Source: Chiloscyllium plagiosum (taxonomy: Eukaryota). Taken from it: a DNA stretch of 64,000 nt. Position 1 is the first letter of the stretch. Every line of letters begins with the position of its first letter. The notes below the pieces were generated by a model. It was not told the origin of the DNA. It worked only from the letters and a program-made list of their open reading frames with translations, and ran no database searches. This document shows, piece by piece, positions 62,182 through 64,000 of this stretch. The translations under genes and the position numbers were made by a program. The stretch lies in the NCBI RefSeq assembly GCF_004010195.1, contig NC_057728.1:41137821-41201820 (forward strand), read 5' to 3'.

Positions 62182-63390
62182 TAGAAACATAAAAGCATTG
62201 AATATAGTTGCAGGAGTAAGCCTTCAGCCCTTTCAAGTCTACTTCACCATTCATAGCTGATCATCCGACTTAGTACCCTACTCCCACTTTCTCCCCATAT
62301 CCTTTAATCCCATTAGTAATAAAAACAACATCTGCATCTTTCTTGAAAGTCTTTAAGGATTTGGACTCAACCATTTCCTGTGGCAGAGAATTCCAGAGGC
62401 TTACCACTCACTGGTAAAAGAAATTTCACTTAATCTCTATTCGAAAAGGCCTATCTCTTGTCCCTTAGTCTGTGGCCCCTGGTTCTGGATGCTGTGATCA
62501 TTGAGAACATCCTTCCTGAATCTACCCCATTTAATCTTGTTAGAATTTTATAGATTTCTGAGATCCCCTGCAATCCCATTCTTCTAAAATCTAGTGAATG
62601 TAGCCTCACCTGATCCAGTCTTTTCCCTGTATATCAGTCCTGCCGATGTGGGAATCAGCATGAGAAACATTGTTTGTACTGCATAGCCAGAATGTCCTTT
62701 CTCCGATAAAGACACGAAAACTGCTCCGTGATATTCCGAGAGTGGTCTCACAAAGGTCATGTATAATCGCAGCAAGATATTCCTGGTCCTCTATTCAATC
62801 CTCTCACTATGAAGGCCAACATACCATTTGTTGTCTTCACCACCTGCTGCAACTGCATATTTACTTTCAGCAACTGATGTAGAAGGTCTCGTTGTGTTTT
62901 CCTAATCTCTCAACATTTCAGATAATTTGCATGCCTGTTTTTGCTACCAAAGTGGATAACCTCGTTTTTTCATATTATTCTGCATCTGTCATGAATTTGC
63001 CCACTCACTCAATTAGTACAGGTGTGCATTGGAATAATAGAGTCTAGGAGTAACACATTCACTGGCTCCCTCTTATCCAAATCACTACTTGTTACATCCT
63101 CAAACAAGATTCCAGTAGATTTGTCAAGCATAACTTTTCCTTTGTAACTCCATGCTGACTCTATCCAATCTTGTCATTACCTTCCAATTGTTCTGCTATT
63201 AAATCTTTTATAATGGACATCGGCATTTTTCTCACTACTGATGTCAAGTTAATCGGTCTATAATTTGTTGCTTTTTCTTTCTCTCTTCTAAAATAGTGGA
63301 GTTACATTAGCTACCCTTCAATCCATGGGAATTGTTTCAGAATCTATAGAATTTTGGAAAATGATTGCCTAGCACATCTGCTATTTCTAG
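62182..63390 (-). mobile_element. CR1, decayed
   Basis: ORF 62584-62775: MLRLYMTFVRPLSEY. Confidence 0.8.
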
Positions 63391-64000
63391 AGTCTTAGAG
63401 TCACGCAGCATGAAAAATGACCCTTCAGTCCAACTAAACCATGCCGACCATAATCCCAAACTAACTAGTCCCACCTGTCTGTGTTTGGGCCATATCCCTC
63501 CCAACATTTCTTCTTCATGTACTTATCTAAATGTCTCAAATCCTGTAACTGTACCCGCACCCACACACAAGCCATTCTGTAAAACAAAAAAAAATTCCAC
63601 CTCATGTCTTTTAAATCTTCTCTTCTCCCCTTTAAAAATATGCCCTCTAGTCTTGAAATTCTCCACCCTAAGGAAAAGACGTCTTCCATTAGCCTTATCT
63701 ATGCCCCTTGTGATTTTATAAACCTTGATAAGGTCACCCCTTAACTTCCTAAACTTCAGTGAAAAAAGTCCCAGCCCATCTAAGCTCTCCCCATAAATCA
63801 AACCTTCCATTCCTGGCAACATCCTGGTAAATCTCTTCTGAATCCTCTCCAGCTTAATAATATTCTTCCTATAACAGGGTATTCAGAAATAGACACCAGT
63901 AGTGTAGCAGAGACCTCGCTAATGTGCTGTCCAATCTCAAAGTAACGTCCTCACTCCTATACTCAATGATGTGAACAATGAAGGCAAGTGTGCTAAATGC
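63391..64000 (-). mobile_element. CR1 3' portion (runs off the window end)
   Basis: ORF 63523-63822: MLPGMEGL..LGLFSL..RKLRGDLIKVYKI. Confidence 0.9.

Noticed and set aside
1..64000. CRISPR arrays, operons or prokaryotic defence systems
   Set aside because: The sequence is eukaryotic and intronic; recurring motifs are dispersed retroelement termini, not regularly spaced repeat-spacer units.

Overview
Vertebrate nuclear DNA, almost certainly from a shark: HE1-type tRNA SINEs, CR1/HER1-type LINEs and Deu-domain SINEs dominate, and the repeat style suggests a carpet/bamboo shark (inference). The window covers the 5' part of grip1 (glutamate receptor-interacting protein 1) on the + strand. One clear 81-nt phase 1-1 coding exon at 50036-50116 encodes (D)EGPYAKSTNPAKASEGTLAVRRQSIP(E), the GRIP1 exon just before PDZ1. 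The rest is intronic and roughly half transposon-derived (CR1, RTE, L2, Tx1/L1, two clades of Penelope-like elements [PLEs], SINEs). Two things stand out. (1) Two ATG-containing, phase-matched segments with consensus splice donors (16201-16261 and 40544-40589) look like alternative first coding exons, giving GRIP1 N-termini I do not recognise. (2) Three families of PLE termini and their short, often palindromic derivatives carry minimal type-I hammerhead ribozyme motifs. These include an apparently intact sense-strand copy at 22528-22571, whose stem I is extended by its own target-site duplication, and a copy locked inside a perfect 83-bp hairpin at 25925-26098. All calls were made by eye, and repeat boundaries are approximate (tens of bp).
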